A model generated the notes under the pieces. The model did not search any database. It worked only from the letters and a program-made list of their open reading frames with translations, and was not told the origin of the DNA. Positions 44,429-51,639 of a DNA stretch of 52,163 nt are shown in pieces. Each line of letters opens with the position of its first letter. The stretch's first letter is position 1. Made by a program: the position numbers and the translations under genes. The stretch is from an uncultured Bacilli bacterium (GTDB lineage: Bacteria > Bacillota_I > Bacilli_A > RF39 > UBA660): positions 1 to 52,163 of the forward strand of contig CANQZQ010000001.1 in the NCBI GenBank assembly GCA_947628375.1, read 5' to 3'.

Positions 44429-44608
44429 TGTTCGACGGCTCGCGGACTAACGCCTCGAGCCGTTTGAGCGAACATTTGTATGCCTACGTATTTTTGTTCG
44501 CAAAAGTTGCTCTAATACATACTGATCCAGATCCTGAAAGGATCAAAGGGGCGCCGCCGCGAACATTTGTACGTATAAAAATTTTTTTAAAAAATTTTAA
44601 ATTTTCTA

Positions 44609-44637
44609 TTGACTTTATAAACCTATTATGTTATAAT
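44609..44637 (+). promoter_or_regulatory. orphan early promoter (no ORF before the next promoter)
   Basis: TTGACT-17-TATAAT-N4-ATGTAA. An RBS-like AGAAAGGAAAAG follows, but no start codon. Confidence 0.6.
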
Positions 44638-44706
44638 AATAATGTAATAAGAAAGGAAAAGCAAAAATACAAAATAAAAAAATTCAAAAAAAAATAAAAA
44701 AAATGC

Positions 44707-44735
44707 TTGACAACTTATTACAAAAGTGTTATAAT
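44707..44735 (+). promoter_or_regulatory. early promoter
   Basis: TTGACA-17-TATAAT-N4-ATGTAA. Confidence 0.7.
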
Positions 44736-44765
44736 ATAAATGTAAAAAGAAAGGAAATGATGAAA

Positions 44766-45164
44766 ATGGAAAAATTAACACAAAAACAAATGTTTGAAGT
44801 AATGAAAGGACACTTTGCAGACTTAGGCAACCAAGTTATAGGCTTTGCAACAGTAAAAGATAGCAATATCGAAGTTACTGCTGAAAATGTTGTAGACTTT
44901 ATTAACGGTCGTATTGAAGTATTAAGCAATAAGACTTCTCGCAAAGCACCTACTAAAACTCAAGTTGAAAATGAAAATATTAAAGCTTTAATCGTTGACG
45001 CTTTATCAAAAGCAGACAAACCAATGTCTATCAATGACTTAATGGCAATTGAAGGCTTAGGCTTCTCAAACCAAAAGTTATCAGCTTTACTTACTCAACT
45101 TGTTGATAATAAAGTAGTTGTACGTGTTATTGATAAGAAAAAAGTTTTCTTCTCAATAGCTTAA
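44766..45164 (+). CDS. winged-helix-like early protein, 132 aa (family A)
   Basis: Track ORF 44703.. trimmed to the ATG after GGAAATGATGAAA. Confidence 0.6.
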   Translation: MEKLTQKQMFEVMKGHFADLGNQVIGFATVKDSNIEVTAENVVDFINGRIEVLSNKTSRKAPTKTQVENENIKALIVDALSKADKPMSINDLMAIEGLGFSNQKLSALLTQLVDNKVVVRVIDKKKVFFSIA

Positions 45165-45258
45165 TCAAGTCAAGTCTACTTGACTTGACTTGACACCTAA
45201 GCAATGTAAATTAGATGTCAAGTGAAGTCAAGAAGATTGTGCTAAATGCTATCTTGAC
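45165..45258. repeat. cluster of GTCAAG/CTTGAC hexamers, including an 11-bp-arm palindrome
   Basis: tcaagtcaagt-ct-acttgacttga at 45165-45188. Further copies at 45189, 45217, 45227 and 45253. Confidence 0.7.
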
Positions 45259-45368
45259 CGCGGAAAAGGACATATTCCAAGTGCGTTAACTTTAAATAAA
45301 CCCGCGGCGGTGGGAATGTAGCACCATTCCCGCCACAAAAATTTTTTAAAATTAATGTTAATTTACTA

Positions 45369-45397
45369 TTGACATTTTATTATAGATATGATATACT
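45369..45397 (+). promoter_or_regulatory. early promoter
   Basis: TTGACA-17-TATACT. Confidence 0.6.
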
Positions 45398-45427
45398 ATT
45401 ATTGTAATAGGAAAGGGAAGTGAGAAA

Positions 45428-45859
45428 ATGAAAAACTATGTTGAAAATGGCAAAGTTATTGAAATCACACTTGATAATGACAAAAAAGTTAAAGTTATGA
45501 CTGAATGGGTAAACAAGACCATGCAAGCACTTGATACCGATAAAGAAGATGTATTGCTTATGTGGCTTGAGGACAACGGCTACCTAGTAAATGAAGAACA
45601 AGAAGAACTTGATAACCAAGCTAAAGGGGTTGTAAAAGTCGTTGCTAAGGCTGAAAAACCTAAAGTTAAGACACAAAAAGAAAGAGTGCAAAAAGAAAAC
45701 CCAACTAAAGAATTAATTATACAAACAATAGCAAAAGCACTTGAAAACCTTGATATTTCTAACTTAAACATTGAAAATAAAGCAAAACTTGTTACTTTTT
45801 CAATGAATAATGAAGATTTTAAAGTAGATTTAGTGCAAAAACGCAAACCTAAGGCATAA
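45428..45859 (+). CDS. hypothetical early protein, 143 aa (family B)
   Basis: Track ORF. Paralog of 49559..50008 on the opposite strand. Confidence 0.6.
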   Translation: MKNYVENGKVIEITLDNDKKVKVMTEWVNKTMQALDTDKEDVLLMWLEDNGYLVNEEQEELDNQAKGVVKVVAKAEKPKVKTQKERVQKENPTKELIIQTIAKALENLDISNLNIENKAKLVTFSMNNEDFKVDLVQKRKPKA

Positions 45860-45894
45860 AAAGTGCCTTAGGTAAGCAAAAAAGAAAGGAAATT

Positions 45895-46206
45895 ATGAAA
45901 AATTATAGAAAATTACTTACAAATTTATATCTTTTTAATGATATTACATATAAAATTGTTAAAAATAGAATAATAATTAAAACTAATAGAAAAAAATTCG
46001 ACAGCCCAGATTTTACTTATTACCTTGTTTTACATATCAATAGATTAACTCATAACATAACTAAAGTAGGTGCTTTAATTATGGATGATTTAGACTTTGA
46101 AATGTACGGCAAAAAAGTTGTTTCAAGTAGCACTCCCCATATTTTTACTGATGCGGACTTTGTAGAAACAAAAGGACACCCAGGCATAGAGTGGGGCAGT
46201 AGATAG
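45895..46206 (+). CDS. hypothetical early protein, 103 aa
   Basis: Track ORF after AGAAAGGAAA. Confidence 0.5.
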   Translation: MKNYRKLLTNLYLFNDITYKIVKNRIIIKTNRKKFDSPDFTYYLVLHINRLTHNITKVGALIMDDLDFEMYGKKVVSSSTPHIFTDADFVETKGHPGIEWGSR

Positions 46207-46228
46207 CGGAAACCCGCTATTTTTTTTG
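46203..46228. terminator. bidirectional intrinsic terminator
   Basis: atagcgg-aaac-ccgctat stem followed by T8. Confidence 0.6.
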
Positions 46229-46297
46229 TTAAGCTGATGTAAAGTTTACATTTACTTGACGCCTGGCGGCTGGTGCTCGACTGTGCGGCCGCCGCTT
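46203..46297 (-). ncRNA. candidate small GC-rich RNA made from its own consensus promoter
   Basis: The minus-strand promoter at 46303-46331 points into an ORF-less stretch of about 95 nt. This holds a GGCGGC...GCCGCC hairpin and ends at the bidirectional terminator. Confidence 0.3.
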
Positions 46298-46302
46298 TCC
46301 GC

Positions 46303-46331
46303 ATTATAACATACTTTTAACAATTTGTCAA
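46303..46331 (-). promoter_or_regulatory. antisense-oriented consensus promoter
   Basis: TTGACA-17-TATAAT on the minus strand. Confidence 0.55.
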
Positions 46332-46376
46332 GCAAAAAATGAAAAAAATATTTTTAAAATTTTTTCACAAAACCTA

Positions 46377-46405
46377 TTGACATTATTTAGCTACTATGCT
46401 ATAAT
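46377..46405 (+). promoter_or_regulatory. early promoter
   Basis: TTGACA-17-TATAAT-N4-ATGTAA. Confidence 0.7.
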
Positions 46406-46437
46406 AATAATGTAATAAAGGAAAGGGAAGATAAAAA

Positions 46438-46659
46438 ATGAAAGAAATGTATGTATTTTTAGACCCAGCATTAGGCGGGGACGCAGTTTATATTTTTGAT
46501 AACAAACAAGAGGCAGACAAGTTTATAAAATGGTATAAACAAGACCTTATTAATGAGGGTATGGAAGATATCGTTGATGATATTGAAGATATCAACTATT
46601 GGATTAAACCAATAATGACCTATGAACAAGCTAAAAAAGATTATGTGGAGGGCGATTAA
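46438..46659 (+). CDS. small early protein, 73 aa (possibly family C)
   Basis: Track ORF. Confidence 0.55.
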   Translation: MKEMYVFLDPALGGDAVYIFDNKQEADKFIKWYKQDLINEGMEDIVDDIEDINYWIKPIMTYEQAKKDYVEGD

Positions 46660-46660
46660 A

Positions 46661-46897
46661 ATGAGTAATGAATTTATTAAAGATTTTGAAAAAATTGGAA
46701 AATTCTTGTTAAAAGTTGAACTTATTGCAGACTGGAACATAGAAGACTTAAGCGATACGCATAAATGGGCAAAACTAGTTTTAACATTAAACACTAATGA
46801 ACCTCAACATTTGGAAATTACTTTTGACAAAGAGTATGGCTTCATTACAAATATTGAATATTCAAATGTTTTAGATTTATTAGACACAGCAGAATAA
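46661..46897 (+). CDS. hypothetical early protein, 78 aa
   Basis: Track ORF 46622.. trimmed to the ATG after GTGGAGGG. Confidence 0.55.
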   Translation: MSNEFIKDFEKIGKFLLKVELIADWNIEDLSDTHKWAKLVLTLNTNEPQHLEITFDKEYGFITNIEYSNVLDLLDTAE

Positions 46898-46898
46898 G

Positions 46899-46920
46899 GC
46901 GGAAATCCGCTTTTTATTTT
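46899..46920 (+). terminator. intrinsic terminator ending the plus-strand early arm
   Basis: gcgga-aa-tccgc stem followed by a T run. Confidence 0.55.
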
Positions 46921-46929
46921 GCTAATTTA

Positions 46930-46950
46930 CTTTACATGTAAATTTACATG
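46930..46950. promoter_or_regulatory. CTTTACATGTAAAT palindrome plus an overlapping TTTACATG copy (operator candidate)
   Basis: Read directly. More TTTACAT half-sites at 47039 and 47050, and ATGTAAAgTTTACAT at 46237-46251. Confidence 0.5.
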
Positions 46951-47246
46951 TCAATCGCCGGCGCGACCATGGTCAAACTGCGCCGAATTTTCCCAAAGTC
47001 AACACCTTTCGCAAATTTTCAACCAAAAATCGTTAAATTTTACATTTTCTTTACATCCCTAAACTAAAGGGGGCTGGGGCGAACATACGTACGCCTTTAG
47101 GTTCAGGCGGCAACCGCCAACTTCCGTATATGGCCAAACTGACTGCGTAATTTGCATATGGACCGCCATATGCGATTTTTTTATGCGATTATTGAGCGGC
47201 AGCACGCGATTAATGTTTCCTAAAAGCTAGATTTCCGCATATGCAA

Positions 47247-47275
47247 TTGACAAATAAAAAAATTTTTGATACAAT
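47247..47275 (+). promoter_or_regulatory. promoter facing an AT-rich ORF-less region
   Basis: TTGACA-17-TACAAT, followed immediately by the hairpin aacgaaatttttaattcgtt. Confidence 0.5.
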
Positions 47276-47442
47276 ATAAAAAAACGAAATTTTTAATTCG
47301 TTTAGCGCAATCAATAGCCAGACATAAAGAGCGGGAAGCGGCAACTCCGCATCTTAATTGATTATATTAATATAATATGATATAATATAATGGGAAAGAA
47401 TAATAATAATATATATAATAATAATACACTTCCATTTTAATA

Positions 47443-47471
47443 ATTATAACAAATTTTAAATAATTTGTCAA
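47443..47471 (-). promoter_or_regulatory. promoter convergent with 47247..47275
   Basis: TTGACA-17-TATAAT on the minus strand. Confidence 0.5.
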
Positions 47472-47681
47472 GTAAGCAAAATAAGCCAAGAAAATTTTAA
47501 GCAAACTACAACAAACGATAATTTATCCATAAAAATAATAAAGTTAACAAGAGATAAGTAAATAAGCCTCACTGAGCATATAAAAATAATGAGAGGGAAA
47601 CGATAAGGAGTTAAATAAAAAGAACGATAGGACGGGAACCGTGCCACCGCTATCGCTCAATTTTACCAATCTTATCTAATT

Positions 47682-48038
47682 TTATTCTAAATTATTATAT
47701 TCTTCTGCCATTCGCATACTTTCTTCAAAAGCCTCATTCTCATAGTCTTCTTTTCTATTTACAATAGTCAAACTGCTTTTCAATCTGCCAATATCATTTA
47801 TAGTAAAGCTAATTTTATATAATACTGCCATTATATCTTTTCTATCAACAGCAGCTTCAGTATATAATACAACTAAATTACATAATTTATATAATATATT
47901 AACATCTATACTTTCTTCACCTTTATTCAATAGCCTAATATTATCAATACCAAAATAATCCTTTTTATTCAATAGACAATCAAATATAGCATTCTTAATA
48001 AACCAATTGCGGAAACCAAATGCTTTCCTTATATCCAT
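47682..48038 (-). CDS. hypothetical protein, 118 aa
   Basis: Track ORF 47682..48080 trimmed to the ATG after GGAAAGGAGG. A terminator hairpin lies at 47623-47660. Confidence 0.55.
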   Translation of the reverse strand: MDIRKAFGFRNWFIKNAIFDCLLNKKDYFGIDNIRLLNKGEESIDVNILYKLCNLVVLYTEAAVDRKDIMAVLYKISFTINDIGRLKSSLTIVNRKEDYENEAFEESMRMAEEYNNLE

Positions 48039-48158
48039 GCAAAAATACCTCCTTTCCCTAGCGCCACGATGCGACCCCACGTAATGTGGGGGCGCTTATA
48101 CATACAATTTCGAGCGAAGCGAGAAATTGTGTGTATCTTTATATTTATTATTTAGGTT

Positions 48159-48389
48159 TGATACATTGATACAATTTATACATTTGTATCAAACTCATTG
48201 GAACATTTGCTTATCATTGATACAAAGTATTAAAGCAAACCCTTAAAAATCAAACAATCGAGGTTTATTTTCTTGTGTATCATTTGTATCAATTTTGTTC
48301 ACATTGTGTATATCATTGTATAAATCATTTGTATCTTTGTATACATCCATTGATACATTTGTATCAATTGTATCATTCTCATTGATACA
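48159..48389. repeat. iteron cluster: at least 12 copies of TGATACA/TGTATCA (candidate replication origin)
   Basis: Copies at 48159, 48167, 48185, 48218, 48276, 48285, 48329, 48351, 48360, 48369 and 48383, among others. The cluster spans the 3' end of 48243..48794 and the downstream spacer. Confidence 0.6.
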
Positions 48390-48794
48390 ATGTTCATACC
48401 ATAATTTTTCTTTATTTTTCCACACATCTCTTCTAGCAATTCTTTGAACTCCACCACCACATTTATCAATTACTTGTTGTTCAGTTGGTTTAATTCCTTG
48501 TTTGCGAAAATCAAAATATACCCCCAAAATTTGCTCATCACTAATCTTCGGAGTAACCCCGCCCTTTTTGCCAATCTCTGCCGCCTTTTCTTTATATACA
48601 GCCTGCCCCTCAATCATTCTTTGCGGATTAGCTAACAATGCCCTAATAATAGCGTCCCCATTAACTTCTTGCGGTAATTCTCTATATACGCCCCAATAGC
48701 ATAAAGCATCTATAACTTTACATCTAGTTTCATAAGGCAATTCTTTTAAATCACTATAAAAAGTAGGAACAAAAGTAAAACTATTTTCTTTCAT
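48243..48794 (-). CDS. replisome-organiser / origin-binding-like protein, 183 aa
   Basis: Track ORF trimmed to the ATG after AAGGGGG. The iterons lie inside its own 3' end, as in lambda O and SPP1 G38P. The N-terminus FTFVPTFYSDLKELPYETRCKVIDALCYWGV resembles replisome-organiser N-terminal domains. Confidence 0.45.
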   Translation of the reverse strand: MKENSFTFVPTFYSDLKELPYETRCKVIDALCYWGVYRELPQEVNGDAIIRALLANPQRMIEGQAVYKEKAAEIGKKGGVTPKISDEQILGVYFDFRKQGIKPTEQQVIDKCGGGVQRIARRDVWKNKEKLWYEHCINENDTIDTNVSMDVYKDTNDLYNDIHNVNKIDTNDTQENKPRLFDF

Positions 48795-48987
48795 TGCGGC
48801 AACCCCCTTTCGCTTTCTCAAAGTCAGCTTCAAGGGTATCATCCATCTGAAATATTCAAGTTGTGTATTGAGGTTCTTCAGGATTTGGCATAGTTGTAAC
48901 AACTAAATGTCCCTTTTTTATTAAAAACATTGCAATTTTTAAACTATAAACTATTTTATATTCGTTATTATTAATATTCGTCTTCAT
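48781..48987 (-). CDS. hypothetical small protein, 68 aa
   Basis: ATG 48985-48987 lies 8 nt after TAGGAGG. One in-frame TGA; ends in TAG at 48781. Missed by the track. Confidence 0.5.
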
Positions 48988-49001
48988 ATATCGCAATCCT
49001 C

Positions 49002-49244
49002 CTATTTATTTAGTTCTTGCACATATTCTTTAGCATGAGGATTTTTATCTAAAAACTCTTTTAACTCTTCTATTTGTTTATCTTTACTTTTATCTATTTC
49101 AATATATACAGCATTCTTGCCTCTGCCTTGCTTAACTATTTCTACGCCATAATTTTTTAATATACTCTCTTTAATGCGCGGAAATCCATGCAAAACACTA
49201 TTTTCTTTATAATTATACTTTTCGCATAACTCTTGTAATGTCAT
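49002..49244 (-). CDS. small DNA-binding-like protein, 80 aa
   Basis: Track ORF after AAGGAG. The HTH-like segment is an inference. Confidence 0.5.
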   Translation of the reverse strand: MTLQELCEKYNYKENSVLHGFPRIKESILKNYGVEIVKQGRGKNAVYIEIDKSKDKQIEELKEFLDKNPHAKEYVQELNK

Positions 49245-49345
49245 AGCAGTCTAACTCCTTTCATATATATTTGAATTTCTGATATTCCAAAATATCCATT
49301 TTTGACCAAAATAATGCGGAAACACAGGTTAGAAGCAACATTAAT

Positions 49346-49465
49346 CTAGTCCATAGATTCCTTAACCGGCATCTCCGCATAGTATTCATTTATTTTATTA
49401 TTTGGTAATTCATAAATACCAAAATGTATTTTTAATCAAATTCAAACTATTAATACCCATTTCAT
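49346..49465 (-). CDS. small hydrophobic peptide, 39 aa (MKWVLIVWIWLKIHFG...)
   Basis: ATG after GGGAGG. Two in-frame TGA codons. Its 3' part shares 16 nt with gene 49559..50008 and may be a relic of it. Confidence 0.35.
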
Positions 49466-49558
49466 AATAAAACCTCCCTCGCGAAAAATCGTATTTTTCG
49501 ACTTTTATTTATACTTTTCGTTTCTTTCAAAAAGACAATATTTTAGTAAACCACATCA

Positions 49559-50008
49559 TTAGTTTTTCGGTTTCCTTTTTTGAATAAGGTCAATTTTAAA
49601 ATTATCTTCACCAATAGCAAAAGTAATTATCTTACCCTTATTTTCAATAACCAAATCACTAACACCCTCAAGTGCAGCAACCGCTTCTGCAATTGCTGAG
49701 ATGAGCATTTCTTTCGTAGGGTTCTCCTTCACCGTTCTTCTAACCGGCATCTCCGCCTTTTTCCTATCGCCTTTTGTTCTATGTAATGAAGCTAATACTT
49801 TATTGTCTTTTGCTTTTGCATTTAATTCTTCTTGGTCTTCATTAATAATGTATTCTTCATCTTCTAACCAAGTTAATACAGCTTCTTCCTCATCAATATC
49901 AAGATTGTCCATCATTCTATCAATGAATGCACTTTCCACTTTTGCAACTCTTCCATCATCAAGAGTCACAGTAATTATTCTTCCATCTCTTGTAAAATCT
50001 TTTAACAT
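49559..50008 (-). CDS. hypothetical early protein, 149 aa (family B)
   Basis: Track ORF trimmed to the ATG after GGGAAGGTG. Paralog of 45428..45859. Confidence 0.6.
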   Translation of the reverse strand: MLKDFTRDGRIITVTLDDGRVAKVESAFIDRMMDNLDIDEEEAVLTWLEDEEYIINEDQEELNAKAKDNKVLASLHRTKGDRKKAEMPVRRTVKENPTKEMLISAIAEAVAALEGVSDLVIENKGKIITFAIGEDNFKIDLIQKRKPKN

Positions 50009-50049
50009 TTTTAACACCTTCCCTTTCATTATATTTTTATTATATATAT

Positions 50050-50078
50050 ATTATATCATAAAAAACAAATTTTGTCAA
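50050..50078 (-). promoter_or_regulatory. right-arm early promoter
   Basis: TTGACA-17-TATAAT with TG extension. Confidence 0.65.
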
Positions 50079-50399
50079 GTATAATCGTAATGCGGCAACC
50101 CTTGGTTCGATGCTTGCACGACCTGCATCTCCGCAATCCAAAAAAAAGAAAGTGTTTATTCACTTCTGGCAAGTAGGACTATCTTTCAAAGCCCTTAGCT
50201 GTTTCAAGCTCAGCTATAAGCTATTTAGTTTATGCCATCCCATTCCACTAACAAGGAACCTCTATTCTAGTAAGAGTATGAACTAATGATTTCTAGTAAA
50301 TCAATAACTCAGGATAGATATATCTTAAGTTCACCATCCTTATATATAAGAACTAATTAACTTTTAATTCTTATATATAAAGAGGAGAACCTCTTTATT

Positions 50400-50750
50400 T
50401 TACTCAGCTATTGTGAAGTATACACTTCTTTTATCTTGAGTACGTACAACTCTGTTAGCATTAACTAATTTCTTAACTAATGCCGCAACTTTTTGAGCTG
50501 AAGTAATTTTATCACTTTTAACTGCATTGTAGATATCAGTAACAGTTATTGGCTTTCCAGCTTCTGCTATTGCATTGTAGACATCTTCTACTAAAACTTC
50601 ATTTTCTTTTTGAGTTTTAGTCATGCCAGTTCTTTTCTTAGAAACTAATTCGATTTCCTTATTTAATTTTTCAATTATTAAGTCTTTGTCCTCAACATCA
50701 GTTTCGCTTACAATGTCAATTAATCTTTCAAACATTTCTCTCTTAGTCAT
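50400..50750 (-). CDS. winged-helix-like early protein, 116 aa (family A)
   Basis: Track ORF trimmed to the ATG after GGAAATGATAAAA. Confidence 0.6.
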   Translation of the reverse strand: MTKREMFERLIDIVSETDVEDKDLIIEKLNKEIELVSKKRTGMTKTQKENEVLVEDVYNAIAEAGKPITVTDIYNAVKSDKITSAQKVAALVKKLVNANRVVRTQDKRSVYFTIAE

Positions 50751-50979
50751 TTTTATCATTTCCTTTCTTTCTCTCTTTCCTAAGATTAATATATATTTAA
50801 ACACTTTCGTGTTATAAAGATTTTTTGAAATCCTTTCGCTTATAAGAAACTTGCGGAAACCGCGAGATTTAAAGAAGAAACAGCCTCGTCACTAAAGATT
50901 TTTCTCTTATGGCTTTGACTCAAGGTCTACCAGCTTTAGTAGATTTCTTAAACTATACTTTCTTTCTTTTTCTATATAT

Positions 50980-51008
50980 ATTATATAATATTTTTTAAAT
51001 ATTATCAA
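50980..51008 (-). promoter_or_regulatory. right-arm promoter with a leader of about 220 nt
   Basis: TTGATA-17-TATAAT. The next start codon is at 50750. Confidence 0.6.
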
Positions 51009-51019
51009 TTTATTTTGAA

Positions 51020-51087
51020 AGGGAAGGGATTAATATTATTTATTAATCCATGAGTGTTTATATTGTAATAACTCTTTTTTATTACAT
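51020..51087 (-). ncRNA. candidate RNA of about 70 nt
   Basis: The promoter at 51092-51120 is followed by two hairpins (gtaata/tattac and ggattaata/tattaatcc), no ORF, and then the next promoter. Confidence 0.3.
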
Positions 51088-51091
51088 ATAT

Positions 51092-51120
51092 ATTATATAA
51101 TAATTTTTAATTATTATCAA
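51092..51120 (-). promoter_or_regulatory. right-arm promoter
   Basis: TTGATA-17-TATAAT-N4-ATGTAA. Confidence 0.6.
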
Positions 51121-51287
51121 TATTCATTCTGCGAACCCAATCTCGTCTCCACGGTTCGCCGCCTCTGTCCACGCCCTTCGATAAAATCAAGGCACTTACC
51201 AACGAGGGTTTCCTGATATAAATGGTTCACCTTATATATCGGCAGGTACGCCTATTTATAACGCGGTGGTCGCTCCCCGCAAATCTA

Positions 51288-51569
51288 TTAATTAAACTTT
51301 ACTTCTTGAGTTTCATAATAAACTCTATATTCAGCATATGTATCTCGAATATCGAAGTAAGCATAATTACCGTTTAATACTTCATAACTAACGTCAAAGT
51401 TGTCATCGAAAGAATCTGCATCATAATCCTCTTTTAAAGAGTCTATATTCTCTTGATATAACTCTTTTAGTCTTGCAACAGCCTCATCAAAAGTTTTAAA
51501 AACTTTATCTTCACTCATATAACAAGTATAAGAGTCAACAGTTTCAATTCCACCATGAATTATATACAT
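51288..51569 (-). CDS. small acidic early protein, 93 aa (possibly family C)
   Basis: Track ORF trimmed to the ATG after GGAAATGATAATT. Confidence 0.55.
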   Translation of the reverse strand: MYIIHGGIETVDSYTCYMSEDKVFKTFDEAVARLKELYQENIDSLKEDYDADSFDDNFDVSYEVLNGNYAYFDIRDTYAEYRVYYETQEVKFN

Positions 51570-51599
51570 AATTATCATTTCCTTTCTTTTTACATATAT

Positions 51600-51628
51600 A
51601 TTATATAATAATTTTTATATAATATCAA
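51600..51628 (-). promoter_or_regulatory. right-arm promoter
   Basis: TTGATA-17-TATAAT-N4-ATGTAA. Confidence 0.65.
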
Positions 51629-51639
51629 ATAAGATTTTT

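Noticed and set aside
44347-44697. 116-aa plus-strand track ORF with a TTG start
   Set aside because: It runs across an intrinsic terminator, GC hairpins and a complete promoter. Its translation is low complexity.
47367-47435. Tyr-rich mini-ORF MEVYYYYIYYYYSFPLYYIILY downstream of the minus promoter at 47443-47471 (attenuator-like leader peptide?)
   Set aside because: It arises from (TAT)n/(ATA)n low-complexity DNA, has no RBS and has no downstream gene to regulate. It is most likely fortuitous.
48795-48902. N-terminal extension of the track ORF 48243..48902 (TTG start, MLQLCQILKN...)
   Set aside because: There is no RBS, and it overlaps a better-supported 68-codon ORF in another frame. An ATG with AAGGGGG lies at 48792-48794.
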